NCBI RefSeq assembly: GCF_009914755.1
Contig: NC_060927.1
Reading direction: 5' to 3' (one strand)
Source: the human T2T-CHM13v2.0 reference genome, Homo sapiens
Length of the DNA stretch: 64,000 nucleotides
The notes below the pieces were generated by a model. That model was not told where the DNA came from. It saw only the letters and a list, made by a program, of their open reading frames with translations, and ran no database searches. A program made the translations under genes and the position numbers. Shown here in pieces: positions 1-13,694 of the stretch (its first letter is position 1; every line of letters begins with the position of its first letter).

Positions 1-17
1 ATTGGACACATACAGTT

Positions 18-22
18 ACACA

Positions 23-65
<43 letters not shown>
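18..65. repeat. (CA)n microsatellite
   Basis: Direct: AC repeat of ~24 units with one AT interruption. Confidence 0.97.
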
Positions 66-67
<2 letters not shown>

Positions 68-1064
68 CTTGGACTGAATTCTAGATGCAATTTTAAAAAT
101 CAATAATTTAGTATCTCTTCATATAATTCACACCCCTTCTTATTTCCCCCATGATTTTTATTTAAGCTTGTACGCAATTTTTGGCATGAACTAAGCTTTT
201 TAAGACTTTATGCCACTGTAGGGATTTTTGGAAAACACTGATAAAGCCAATAAAATAACACACCGATTCAGATATTACCCTTGTTCAAACAGGGCTCTCA
301 AATGGGTCCTATTTTCTTGGATTTGCCCACTCTGAAAAAAAAAAAAAATTCACTGCAAGCTAAATTACTTTCTTTAACATACCTAGATTTTTTTTATTTT
401 GTTTTTATTTTTAACTCTGGACTTTATTAAAAGGACAAAGGAATTCACTGGAGTGGGAATAACACAGATTTTACTGTGCAATGAACTTAAATGCACTTCT
501 ATAAAGTAAGTCATGAACACTGACTTCAACCTTTCATTTTCCTCAGGAAGGACCCAGTTAGAACCAGCAGTCACTGTGGCTGAGGGAAGAGGCACAGTAT
601 TCTGGTCTGGTCTAGGTTCTTCTTTCCTTTTTCAGTTTCTTTTTTGGTTCCTTTCTGTTTGTACTGCTCTTGTGAGCTTCTTATTGTTCAAGCCTCATAG
701 CTATTTATGGATTATGCACAGTTTGGGCTAATATGATTAACATTTGCCTCAAGAGCCAGGTCTTCTCATGTAATTGGTTCTCTTTCAAAACACGTGGCCT
801 CCGCCTGGATGACTGGCTTGCTACGTAACCTGGAACGGCCATGTCCTGGGTCTTTCTGTGCTGCATGTTTGGCCGTGGAATTTATTTCTTCTGTCCTGCT
901 GGAGTGGGTAGGATTGTTTGAACAGGAAGAGTCACTTCCTTGTTATGCTCTCCCAGCATTGTAGAGCTCCAAGATGTTTCCCCTGTGCCCTTCCATTAAG
1001 CCCTTACAACCTCCTGCACTAAAGTTTAATCACTTCCCTCCTAATATCCTAAAGAAGACAAGAG

Positions 1065-1250
1065 CTTTCTCTCCTAATTCTTTCCTTCTCTCCTTTTTCT
1101 TTTTCTCTTTCCTTCTTTCTCTTTGCTTACCTAGTATTCTTTCCAGCCTGCCTGCCTATCTGCCTTTTCTTCTCTCCTTCCTCTCCTCTTCCTTTACTCT
1201 CATTATTCCCTTTGTTTTCCTTTTCCCCACTGTTATTTTTTTTTCTAATT
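1065..1250. repeat. CT-rich low-complexity tract
   Basis: Direct: polypyrimidine tract of CTTT/CCTT/CTGC units; explains ORF 974-1270. Confidence 0.85.
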
Positions 1251-1299
1251 TCATGTCATTTCTGTTATGAAAACTAGATCCCAGTTAATGGAGCTTTAT

Positions 1300-1780
1300 C
1301 GTATTTGCACACAGATGAAAGAATACATGCATATAATAATGAATTGCTGCATTCTTTGTAACAAGAGAATATTGGAAACAACTTGAATGTCCATTAATAG
1401 GGGACAAATTGAATAAACTATGGCATGTCTGTAAAACAGAACTCTCTGTAACTGTAGAAAAGAATCAGGAAACACTCTATGTATTAAGTTGTAAGTATCT
1501 CCAAAATATTTTGTGAAGTGAAAAAAAGACATAGTGCAGAACATTTGTATTTTATATTTCGTTTGTGAAAAAAGGCGGTGGTGGGAAATAAGATTATATT
1601 TTACATTTTATTGCTCTTAGTAAACACCAAAAAATTTGTGTAGGAAACTATTCCTGGGTGTCAAGGATAGATGGGCTGAGGAATAGTAGAAAGGGAGATT
1701 TTATCGTTATACCGTTTTGTATTTATTAACTTTCAAAAGTGTGTTAATATATTATCCATCCAAAAAGTGAAATATAATAA
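1300..1780 (+). mobile_element. Ancient L1 (L1ME-type) 3' fragment
   Basis: ttggaaacaacttgaatgtccattaataggggac...aataaactatgg...ctccaaaatattttgtgaagtgaaaaaa resembles the old L1 ORF2 end and 3'UTR; boundaries approximate. Confidence 0.7.
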
Positions 1781-1834
1781 TGTAAACCTGGGAAGCCAAT
1801 GTAAGATTCGATTGAAAGAAAACTATCCCATTAA

Positions 1835-2019
1835 ATGCATATATATATATATATGTGTGTGTGTGTGTATGTATGTATATACATGTGTGTATATATGTGT
1901 GTATGTATATATATACATGTGTGTATGTATATATATACGTGTGTGTATATATGTGTGTATATATGTATGTATATATATACACATACACACACACACACAT
2001 ATACACACACATATGTATA
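1835..2019. repeat. Compound (AT)/(GT)/(AC) microsatellite, uninterrupted purine-pyrimidine alternation
   Basis: Direct reading. Confidence 0.97.
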
Positions 2020-2399
2020 AATTTGACATGACTGGTATAGTTATCCAAACTCACAGGTGTTCTTCTAGAATATTAGCTATCTATGGCTTAAATTATGTAA
2101 AATTGTCATTTTTTACTAAAAAACCATTTCAAATATTGGCAATTTCATACTATTGGCCTAATCTTTCCTTGTCTTAAGTTGAGGCATCAAAAATCTATCA
2201 TCAGGTTGCCTGGGCTATTACTCTCTTTAACTTCATTCTTCTCCTGTGCTATAGAAACTTTTGGAGTCATATTTCATTAATTTCCCCAGGTCACCTGGAT
2301 AGGACTATGAAGTGTGGCAATCCTGAATCACCTTTCCATCCTTGCTTTATTAACTTTACACTTGACTGTAGATTAAACTGTCATAATCTACCACTGAGA

Positions 2400-3366
<967 letters not shown>

Positions 3367-5019
3367 TAGAATCCTTTTGTATATGGAAGGAAGTATTTTA
3401 AAAATCCTTTTTAAAAAAGGTAGGAGACTAATGTTAAGGAAGGTTTTGGGAGTGGGGAAAGAAATGCCTTTACATTAAGGACATGAAAATTGAAAGTACA
3501 AAGCAGTCTCTAATTTGTTCATTATTTGCCATAAGGACATGATTTAGTTTTGAATGTATTCCACCAGGTTCTCTTTATCTCCTTTGCTTCATATTAGTGT
3601 TTATTTTGATGATGATTAAGGCAATATGCTACAAAGAATTGTGCTGTCTTTTTGTAAATTATGCCTGAAAAAATCGTGATTGTTCCTGTTGCTTTGAAGT
3701 CTTATGTTTATATTTAATTGTAAAAGTTAAGGCTACCTCTATGTGATAGACAGAGTGTTCTCCAAAAAATGCCCGCAAATTTGGAGTGGAGGATAAATGA
3801 CAGTTTTCTCTTCCTACTTCTCCCTTCCTCCTTTTCCTCCTCCTTCTGTTACTTAATATTATCACTATTATCATTATTTTCTTCTAATCTGGAAATATAA
3901 TAGCTTAATAGCCTAGTCTAGCTGAGTTGGACTTGTGTATTTGTTGAAAATATTAAGTTATAACTTTGGAGTAAATACTCATCATAAAATGAGAATGATT
4001 TGATGGTGTGTGTTCTTGTGTATTGCACAGACACATTACTGAGTGGCACATAGAGTTGCAGTGAGTTTTACTGTAAGGGAGTATTTTAGCCATCATGTCT
4101 TCCAAGGATCGCATGCCCTGTTTCCTAGGTCCTAATAAAAGCTTGTATTTATATGTAACTCACTATTGCCATTTCAGTTCATCAAGATTAACACCAAGGA
4201 GCTATTATCGATCACGTCAGAGTGAGGCAGGTAGAATGCTAGAATTTTTTGAGGATGAAATAAAGTGATCTTAGTCTCTGGCATCTTAGTTGTTGGGTGC
4301 CTTCCTTTTTCTTTTATCAGTAAATGATTGTTATCTATGACCAAAGAAAGAAGAGAAATTCGCATTATTTAGCATTTTGCCCACTTAGGTGGCACTTACT
4401 CTGATTTAGTCTATTATAACATCATTATGTCTTGCTAATGGCACCATGCAGTTCACTTCCTTCAACTGTTTGCAGAGTGCCTCTCCATTTAAACAACGTG
4501 GCACGTTTAAATAGTTTACTAGTACTATAAAATTCTTGGCTTATTGTACATTAGATTTTAAAATTTAGAAAATTTTCTATTGAGCACAAGAATATATAAT
4601 GGTGAGCATGACTTTAAATACTGAAATGAAAAGTCTGTGAGAACAATTATCTGTTTCGTTATGTGTTAGAAGTGGTAGATATGTTTTCTGTAAATGTGAA
4701 TAAACTGAAATGAAATTTTAAAGCTTGTGGAATGAAACGACAAAAAGGACATTGGTATTACACAGTTTCTTTCAATTCCACCATCCCTACCACCCACCCA
4801 ACCCTTCATCCCAGAATTAGTGTTGGTCTGTTGCTTTCCACGGTTCCATGAAATAGTTAGATGATTTAATAAGAACTTTGGAATATGTCCTCTTTTCCCT
4901 CAACCTCCAGGTAAATTTATTGGTAGTTAATGTTGCTAGTCTTTTCATGGCCTAGAAAATTGTTCTCTCTTTTCTTCACTTAGTTAACTTTTATTTTTCC
5001 TTCTAATGAGAGCTCAGGT

Positions 5020-5270
5020 CTTCCTTCCTATGCAAGGCTTCCCTGACCTCGATTGGGTTAGATCTCTCATAAAGGTGCTCAGAGCACTGCTTACTTGGCA
5101 AACCTTCAAATTCACATTTGTTTACGTGTTTATTTTTATTAGTCTTCCTTCCCTATTAATCCAAAAGCCCTATAAAGCTGAGGGCAGTCTTCAACTCCCT
5201 ATTGGATTATTAATTCCAAGTATAATGTTTTGCACATACTAGTCACTGAGTAAATATTTTTGAAACATGA
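5020..5270 (+). mobile_element. L2 3' end fragment
   Basis: ...tgcacatactagtcactgagtaaatatttttgaa resembles the L2 terminus. Confidence 0.55.
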
Positions 5271-6116
5271 AAGAGTGTTCAGATGTGAAAACACTCATTT
5301 TTGGCTATAGAATATAATTTGGGGTATCTCCATCAAGTGCATACCTAGTTATGATTTTATTAATTTTCTGCAATTTAAATCAGTATTGTTTCTTTACTCC
5401 GAAATGTAAATTAAGGTTCAGTGTTTAATGCCACTATACCGGGAAAATATATGTTTTTGGCTTTTAATTCCATAACATGTATTTTTTGCCCCTGAACTTC
5501 AATTAAATGTTCTCCAGTTGGTTTTTTGTGTTGGGGTGGGGCAGGGGGTTTGTAAGGTAACCCTTTTGGTTTTAGAGCATAACTGCATCCATACTTTTAT
5601 AACCCATTTACAAGTGTTGTAAGTATATGAACCTTAAAATGTATATACAATTCTTCAAAGCTCATGTGTAATTAAAATCTGGAAGGGCAGGTGGTTGAGA
5701 GGTTCTAGTAATTTATTGTGTTACTCTAAGATAAGAATCAAAAATTTAAAAATCACAGGAGAGTCTATAGTTAGCGTGTATCCAATTGATATACAATAAA
5801 AGCCACAGGAAGCATTTATTAAAAGACTCATAATGAAACCAAAAGAAATAATCCATTAGGAGTTAACTCACAGAATATCATATAGAAAACTGAATAAGCT
5901 TTAGAGAAATGTCTTATTCTTTGACTCTTCTTTGGGCAGAAGGTACTACAGAATATTAACTAGACAGATTTTCATGATTGCCTATTCAAAGAAAATGAAG
6001 TATTTTGATGTGCCATGCATTGAGTCAAGCTTAATGCATATTTAAGCACAGTTCTAGCATCTGAGTGGTAAACTGGTCTTTTACTCCTAATGGAATTTTT
6101 GTTCCTGACATGGAAA

Positions 6117-6280
6117 AAATCATGTGAAAAATTTTTATAGATTATATATATTATATGTATATTTTATAAATCATGTGAAAAATTTTAATATATATTAACT
6201 ATATAATACATATTAATATAACTATATAATTAATATATATATTAATATGACTATAGAATTAATATATATATTAATATAAC
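6117..6280. repeat. AT-rich tandem/palindromic repeat
   Basis: Direct: aaatcatgtgaaaaatttt twice (6117, 6168) and a ~29-bp unit containing attaatatatatattaat twice. Confidence 0.85.
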
Positions 6281-6779
6281 TTTTGTTATATTCACAAGAT
6301 ACTTTAAAATCTTATTCATTTCTCCAACTTCTAGAACAATTTTTCCTGGGCAACTATTCAAATCTTTGTGAAATATACATCTTACTCTATGACATCACTA
6401 GGGACTATAGCCAGAATAGACCAGGCATTCAGAGCTCTATGTCTGTACCACATAGACATCAGACAGTGTTTGGACAAAACAGATCTAACACTTGCAACTA
6501 TTGCTAATTTTTGACCCCTAAATACCTAAGTTTGAATATACCACTGTGTGGGATTGCGGTCTCTATTTCTCCACACTACAAAAATCTGCCTTCCTGGATT
6601 CCCATGGTCCTGTTTTCAGAGTGGGTGTTTGTTTGTAGGTGCTAGCAGTATGTTTGTAATTCCAGTTAGGTTTGTCACTCAATAGCTTCTGCATTCAGCC
6701 ATCTCTGTACTGGATACACTTTGGAAGAAGTAATAGTTAATAAGTAATATTTTAAACTAAACTACTTTATCTAATTTAT

Positions 6780-7030
6780 GAAATCATTTGGGCTGGAAGA
6801 GCCCTACAGTGAAATACATAGCTCATCCCCTTTTCTGGAATAGCGGGATAGCTTATTATTGTCTATAAAAAATCCATTCTGGGTGGGTATCTATTCTCAG
6901 CCTTCATTATCTACAGTGATAGCAATTCCACAGCCTCCCTTGGCAGCCCTCCCTATTGCTGAACTAGCCTTGCTTATTAATCCTGTAATAATACCTTATG
7001 TTCTCTAAATATTGAAGCAGTGCTTAAGTT
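6780..7030. mobile_element. Probable L3/CR1 fragment
   Basis: gcaattccacagcctcccttggcagccctccctattgctgaactagc resembles the L3 motif ctcactacctcacaaggcagcccattccattgttggacagct. Confidence 0.45.
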
Positions 7031-7489
7031 TCCCCTGCTAACTCATTCCTCCCTGCTCACCCTGTGAAATGCTTCTAGAGGGGGAATAATTATATAAGCA
7101 CACAGCACCAAATGATGTGTTGTGCAGCCTTGTCCTAAGGCATTCTGCAAAGGGCTTGTTAGGATGGACGTTGTCAGTCCATAGAAAATTAAGCTATTAA
7201 ATCTGCAGCACCCGGATGGTGATTGAATTGCTTGTGCCACTGGAATAAAGTTGCTTTGCAGACATATGAATTTCACAGCTAGTAGTGTCCTTCCCTTCCT
7301 GCATGCTCTAATTGTATTTTTATATTAATGCACTGATTTAGGGGCTATGTTGGCATATTTGTGCTGGTGCTGGGACAAGAGCATTGGCTGGACATTTCCT
7401 AGAGGGTGCAGTCCACAAATTTTCCCAGAAACCGAATTGATTATGCTGATGGGATAAGCCTGTCCTCTCCCATTTTCAACCAGTCTGTG

Positions 7490-7934
7490 CGCTGCCTGGT
7501 GTTGGCACTCTTACCCATATCTCTCTGAATACCTTTTTACTATTTCTGCACTCCCTTCATCTGCTTCTGGGTGTTTGACTTGTGCAGGCTAGCACTAGTG
7601 ACTTTCTTCAGAGGACTGCCTTAGGACAGCTGGAGACCTGAGGTACCTGGGAGTTCCACGTCCTCCCTGGTGTTTATGAGAGCCCAGCTCCCTTTCCTTA
7701 AGTTAAGACGAACTCCAATATGTAACTTACAGCCTGTAGTTTCCCAGTAGGACCAAACTAAAGCTATCCTTTGTTGAATTTCACTTGAAAAAGTACTCTT
7801 GCTTGCCTTATTTCCCTTCTCTGTCTTGTTTCCCCATGATTTCCTTCCCAATTATCCGGGGAGCACTTCTTTAATAAATTTTACCCACAAATCCTCATCT
7901 CAGACCTTGCTTCCAGGAAACCAGACTTGAGACA
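7490..7934 (+). mobile_element. LTR16-family (ERVL) solo LTR
   Basis: 3' end gggagcacttctttaataaattttacccacaaatcctcatctcagaccttgcttccaggaaaccagacttgagaca matches the LTR16 terminus with AATAAA and terminal CA. Confidence 0.75.
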
Positions 7935-10254
7935 TCATTCCTTTTTCTGTGATCCATGTAGAATGTTATAGTCAGACTTCTCAGCCTCGCGTGGCTGACC
8001 AGATTTCTATGACTGTTTTTCTCTCATGGTACACACATTTGATTCTGTCCATGGAAATCACAAGGTTTTTTTCCAGATTCACAGGGGCTTGTCCATAATG
8101 GTGATTTGAGTTTTCTGAAATAACAAAACTTACTCAAACCCAGGATAGCTCCTTTTTTTTTTTTTTTTTTTTTTTTTTCCGTTTGCTTTTCTCAAGTGCA
8201 ACATCTCTCCTGTGCTGTTTCTGAAACTGGCTTGTTCATCTATTAGAGCACAGGCCACATACTATGTCCAGTTATAGAATTTGTCTCTCAAACTGGACTG
8301 TGAACTCTTTGGGGGAGTATCTGGTCATCAGAATCCCTGACAAGCAACTCACATGGTGTCTTCCACTCCACAGCTCCTCCGTAGTTGGTTGCTGCCTTCT
8401 ACTGATGAAAGGACTCAAGTATACCTAGGTTTGTGATAACAGTCTTTGTGACTGCTTCATTTTGATTAGCCTCTTCTGTTTCAGTTTATTCAGCCCAGCT
8501 CTGAAAACACTGACTGATTTATCTCTTTTAAATTTAATACATTTTCTATCCCCAATCCAGTGAATATCGGAATATCAGGATAATCAAGAACAAATGGCAA
8601 GTTAGGAAGTGATGCATTTGGAGACAAAACAACAAGAAACAGTCATGAACATTCTCTTGCCTCCTTTTGTTTTTTTTCCTAAGGTCTTTATTCACAAATG
8701 AAATGTTATTGTTTTTTCAGTTCTCTCTCTCTTGCTCTCACTCTGTGTCATCCTCAAATATGTTAGAAATATTAACTGAGAAACATGCTTTATCTAAGAA
8801 ATGAGTATCTTTTCAAGAATGAATGCTGACCTGAATATAATGTGGAATTACCCTGGGCACCAAAGACAGCTTGCCTGGGCATGATTGTTCCGGAAGCTAT
8901 TACTGAAATTTGGAACAGCACCCTCAATGTGGTGTCAATGCCTCCTTCAGTTCTGAAGTTTTGAAATAAATACTCGAAACATCCAGTTATACACCCTCTT
9001 TCCAAGAGTGTTTGCACATATTTGGTGCTCCTCAAGTTTTTCAAATTAATGTTGATGAAATAAAAGAGTGATCAGATGAATCTGGCACTATATTTCTTGC
9101 AAGGACAAGAAGCTATTTTTCAGAATCTTGCCCCAAATATATAATTGATAACATTGGAAAATAAATAAGGAAATTTTACTTCTGTTGCATGTTCCTCCAA
9201 TCATTAGTAGACTGACTTTGAAATGAGAATTCAAAGTATAATTAAATAATGGCATTATTCTGGGATGACTTCATACCATTGTTGTAGACTAGCATATGAT
9301 TTTACTAGTTATTATTTTCTCAGCTAGTCTATTAAATATAGAAAAATTTCAGTAACAGAAAATATTGAAAAATTTTAGAAACAGGAAAATCTAACCTTTT
9401 ACCTAGTAACCATGTACTTTTTTTCATTAGGATTCCTCTTAAATTTGTATATGTGTGTATATAATCTGTATGTATAGTAATATTTGCATATGTTACTTTT
9501 ATATCAGAGAGAAATTAAGGGAAAAGGTTCTGGCAAACTCTAAAACTATATTTAGTCCATCTTTGAATCAATTGTGTATTTCTTTCATGGCATAATCCTA
9601 CCTGGTAGATTATTTCCTTTATTCCCAGAGGTGAACTAGTCAGTGATCATTTGCATCCAGTGCCCTCTCAAGGGTTTATGCCCAATTAGAAAGCAGTAGC
9701 ACTATAATGTAGCATCAGCACGTATAACATTCAGTGCTGAGACGGTGGCTTAACAATTCATGGGGCTTGATAAAAAGTATAATTTAAAAAAAATTCCACT
9801 GCATTAACCCATTCTTCTTTAACTCTAAGACCAGACTGAGGGAAAAGTAAAACAGAACAAAACTGCTTTCAACCTACAGGGCAGTTTAAATTTTAAATTT
9901 ATAGTGAAGCTACAATTAAGGTGATTTAGTATAGTCCCTATTCTCAGTTAACAACTTCCCTTTGGAACTAGGGTGGGTAAGTCTTGAAATATTCAATAAA
10001 GAGCGATCCATGTGACTAAGTTGAGTCGCTGTGTCTCCGTTGCAGCAGTGCAATGAAGCCTCCATCTGGAATGAATTCAGCATCTTTAACAAGTAAGAAC
10101 AGGGATGCAAAGTTGTCTTTGTTTTCTTAGTAGGATTAGGCTATGATTTTTGATATGACAGACAGTTCTTTATAGGATACCCTGAAAATCCTATTTAGTA
10201 TTTGTTTATGCAAAGAAATTTCTTGTTCAGTGGAGCAAGAGTCAAGAAAATATA

Positions 10255-10500
10255 GTAAGACAGAATGGTTAAGTGCTCAGTACTTCCATAATTAGAGAGA
10301 TCTAGACTTGCTTGTATCTAGCGTTATGACCATAGGCAAAGCTGTACAATTCATACAATTTCTATGTTTTATTTTCCACATCTGTACAGCGGGACTATAC
10401 TAGAGAGTTGATGTGAGAGTGAAAATTTAAAAATTATGTCTAAAGGGCTTATTAGCTTAGTACCCAACAACTAGCAAATGTTTCTTAAAAATGGTGCCTG
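10255..10500 (+). mobile_element. MIR
   Basis: tggttaag...tatgaccataggcaaag...ttttccacatctgta...gttgatgtgagagtgaaa...tgtctaaagggctta MIR core. Confidence 0.75.
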
Positions 10501-12959
10501 TGAACAATAACAGTAAAGTCATAGTTGTTGCATTAGCCTTTTGCTTTTATTATACATCATTACTATTTAAGCTTTTCACAGTTCCGTTTGCAATACACAT
10601 ATAACTTAATCCTGTAAGTTCATTCCAAGATTGAGAGTTAAGATGTCTTTACAAATATGAAAAAAATGAAGAGGTTAGTTTGCTTAAATTACTTGCTATT
10701 CCTAATTTTGATCAAGTGTTTTCTTAATATTTTGCATTATTTAGTAGCTAATTTTTCCCATCCTAAAAGTATGTTTGTAAATACTCTCGTGTCTCTATAT
10801 TTTTAAGAAACAGTGTTCTGTTTTTATATTAAGCTTAATAGTTTAATTTTTTTTTGCAGCTGTGAGGCAGCAGATGATAAATCAAAAACTAATATTTTCA
10901 ACTATCTCAAAAGATAAAAGTCTGACACACTAAATATGGACTAAATGAGGCTTATGGATGATTTATTCTAATTAGATATAAGGTAAATAAATGCTCCTGC
11001 AATTGTGAATTTTATTAAAGTCAGGACATGTCGTTGTTCAGGCTTTCCTGCATTGCGCTTTAAAGAATCATTTGAAAATATTTTGGGTCTGCTGTTGCTG
11101 AGACAATATGGCTTGGCAGTGTATTGGTAACTTAATAAGCTCACCACATTTGTCATGCAGAAACTGTTCTTTATATGCAAAGCTGTCAGACAGATTGAGT
11201 GTATAATTCTTCTTCGCATGAAATAATATGATAAAACTCCAGTATCAAATTGAATGCTGTACTAGCGTTTGGAATCTTTCATGCATAGGTTGGAATTGTT
11301 TTACAATGGAAGCATTGTTTGATGACAAATACTCTTTTTGTAACATTCATCAGTTATGTTTTAATAGCAGGCATTTTCCTCCTGACTATAGGTCTGCCTT
11401 TTTTGCTGTTAACATACTGGAAAATGAAGCCTGCTTCTCAGTTATGTTTGACATTTTTTTTTTAATGGTTAACTGCTACAATTAGACTGCACTGTCAGTG
11501 TTGTAGATGTTTTTGTTCTTCCTACAAAAGACTATCCTATTGGATTTTGCCAGTTTTATGATAGAGCAAACATTATTTACTCCTTCCTGGTTTTGATTCA
11601 ATCTCCAATGATAATGCGTACTGATACAATATTTTAAGTCTCACTTCATCACAGAAGAGAATTGCCTGGTATGTGCCCATATAATGCCTGTTGGTGCAAG
11701 CAGTGAGATAATAAATTAGCAGAAATTATGCATATAGTCCACGTGGCACATTCTAGAAGGTTAAGCATTTATTTTGGTCCGTGGCAGATATGCTCAAAGA
11801 ACTCCCCTGCCATGTCAATTTCAAGGGTTTAAAAGGGAAAGAAATTGCTACAAATACATACACAGCAAATGTGCTTAAAGCAGCTCTTTGCCAAGCAAGT
11901 TCCTGTTACAGAGTGGCCTGGTGCCAAAGCTCTTCTAAGCACTCTACTGCTACTTAATGTATTTGGTATGTGGGAGAAACTCGTAACTCTGGGACTGCCC
12001 AGTGTACGGCGTCTGTCACGTCTGAAGTGTGAGCATTCCAAAGGCTCACAGCCACCCAGCTCAGAACTCAGCAGGGAAGACAGGAACAGGGGTCAGCCTG
12101 AATAGAAAGAGACTAAAAGATACATTTGTGAAATTTGTGAAGATATCTTTTTCTCTCTTCCCTCCTTCCTTTTTCCTCCCTTCCTCTTAATTCCTCACTT
12201 CCTGCCTCCCTCCCTCTTTTTCATTTTGTTTTTTATTCTGTTTTGTTTTTGAGGGGTACTCTGTTCTAAATGTATTCAAATGATTATAAAATATTCATGG
12301 CAATTCTTAGGACTGGGCCTGGCGTACCTTAATTTTTCAACTGATCAGCCTTTCCGGTTTTTCTTAACAAAGGAAAACCAGATCTTTTGCATCCCATAAC
12401 TTCGTAGCAAAGCCTCCATCTGGAATGAATTCGGCATCTTTAACAAATATGTGTTCTCTATTCAAAAACTATCTAAAAATAGTTCTCAAACAAGTAAGAA
12501 AAAATATTTTGACATTTTCTTCATGTTTTGGGTGGTAAGCACAGTTTGAAACAGGCTTTCTGTTAATTTTCATAGGCTTAGGAGTGGATGTACTTTTGTG
12601 TGCATGTACAACATATTTTGCTCAAGGATGCTTTCTGATCCAAACTATACCATGGCAGTTGTGTTTTTTTGCAAGGCACAATTCTTAACATGAGTCAGCT
12701 TTTCCATCAAACTCAATTACAAGTATTCAAAGTAAAATGCTCAATCAAGATCTACTGACACATGCCAATATTGATTTTGCTTACGTAATTTTAGATGAAA
12801 AAAAAAACCATAATCAACCTGTGAGACGGTGTTTGCGGCCTCAACCCCAAAGATACTGATGGCAATGACTTTATTGCGGAACGAAAGGATTACTTTATAG
12901 GAAAGCTGGGCCCCTGTAAGAACAGTATCACTTCCTCTAATTTATTAATCAGCTACCAT

Positions 12960-13140
12960 GTCTTAGGCATCATGAAATGAAATATACATATGTGAATATT
13001 CTTATACAGAGATATATCTTGTCATTTAATCCTAAAAAGATATTATTAGTCATTCTATAATGAAAAAACTGAAGCTTGCAAAGTTGAGCAAATTGTCAAA
13101 GGTAAATTGGTTAAACATTCCAACCCAGGCCTGACACTGC
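12960..13140 (-). mobile_element. MIR
   Basis: tcatttaatcct...tattattagtcattctataatgaaaaaactgaagctt...aagttgagcaaattgtcaaaggt (reverse MIR core). Confidence 0.7.
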
Positions 13141-13694
13141 CTGCTTTGCCATCATGTTTTCCTTTTGGAAAGACAAAAAAGACAATATGTTGATTTTTGG
13201 GGGTCAAATTCATATTTAAACAATTACAAATAAAATTAAGTCAAATTCCATGTACCTTCTCCTATTTCCTAGACTTCTAATACTCTTTGGTCTTTTAAAG
13301 TATACAGTTTTAGCAAATCTGAAACGGTTTTTTAAAATGCTCTAATTATAATTTCATTGTAACATGCTTAAAATTCTAAAATTAACTCTAGAGTATTTAT
13401 ATACATATAATATGGTTAATTATTCTTAACCCCCACAGCTTATCCCTTTTGTTATTTTTTAAAGATGATTTCACTTTAAAGTTGGTGCTCATTTATGGAA
13501 ATATTTGTAAACTAATGAATACATTGCTATCACTGGAGTAATTTCTAGCACCCAACATAATGTCCTTGGGATATTTGATACAAAATGTTAAAAAATTATC
13601 CCTATTGATCAAAATTATTTTTCTATATGTTACCATATAGGTACTAAAATAGTACCTATATGGCCCTAGTAATCTGTAAGATTTAGGAATATAT

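Noticed and set aside
1752-2177. Overlapping ORFs rich in Y/I/C/V/H/T
   Set aside because: Translation of the dinucleotide microsatellite.
4381-4396. ccacttaggtggca, CTCF-like motif
   Set aside because: One extra base in the core relative to the CCACTAGGTGGC spacing.
4487-4512. Short palindrome aacgtg-g-cacgtt with tttaaa flanks
   Set aside because: Too short to distinguish from chance.
11114-11135. tggcagtgtattg, identical to the first 13 nt of miR-449a
   Set aside because: The rest of the mature sequence diverges and I see no complementary hairpin arm; treated as chance.
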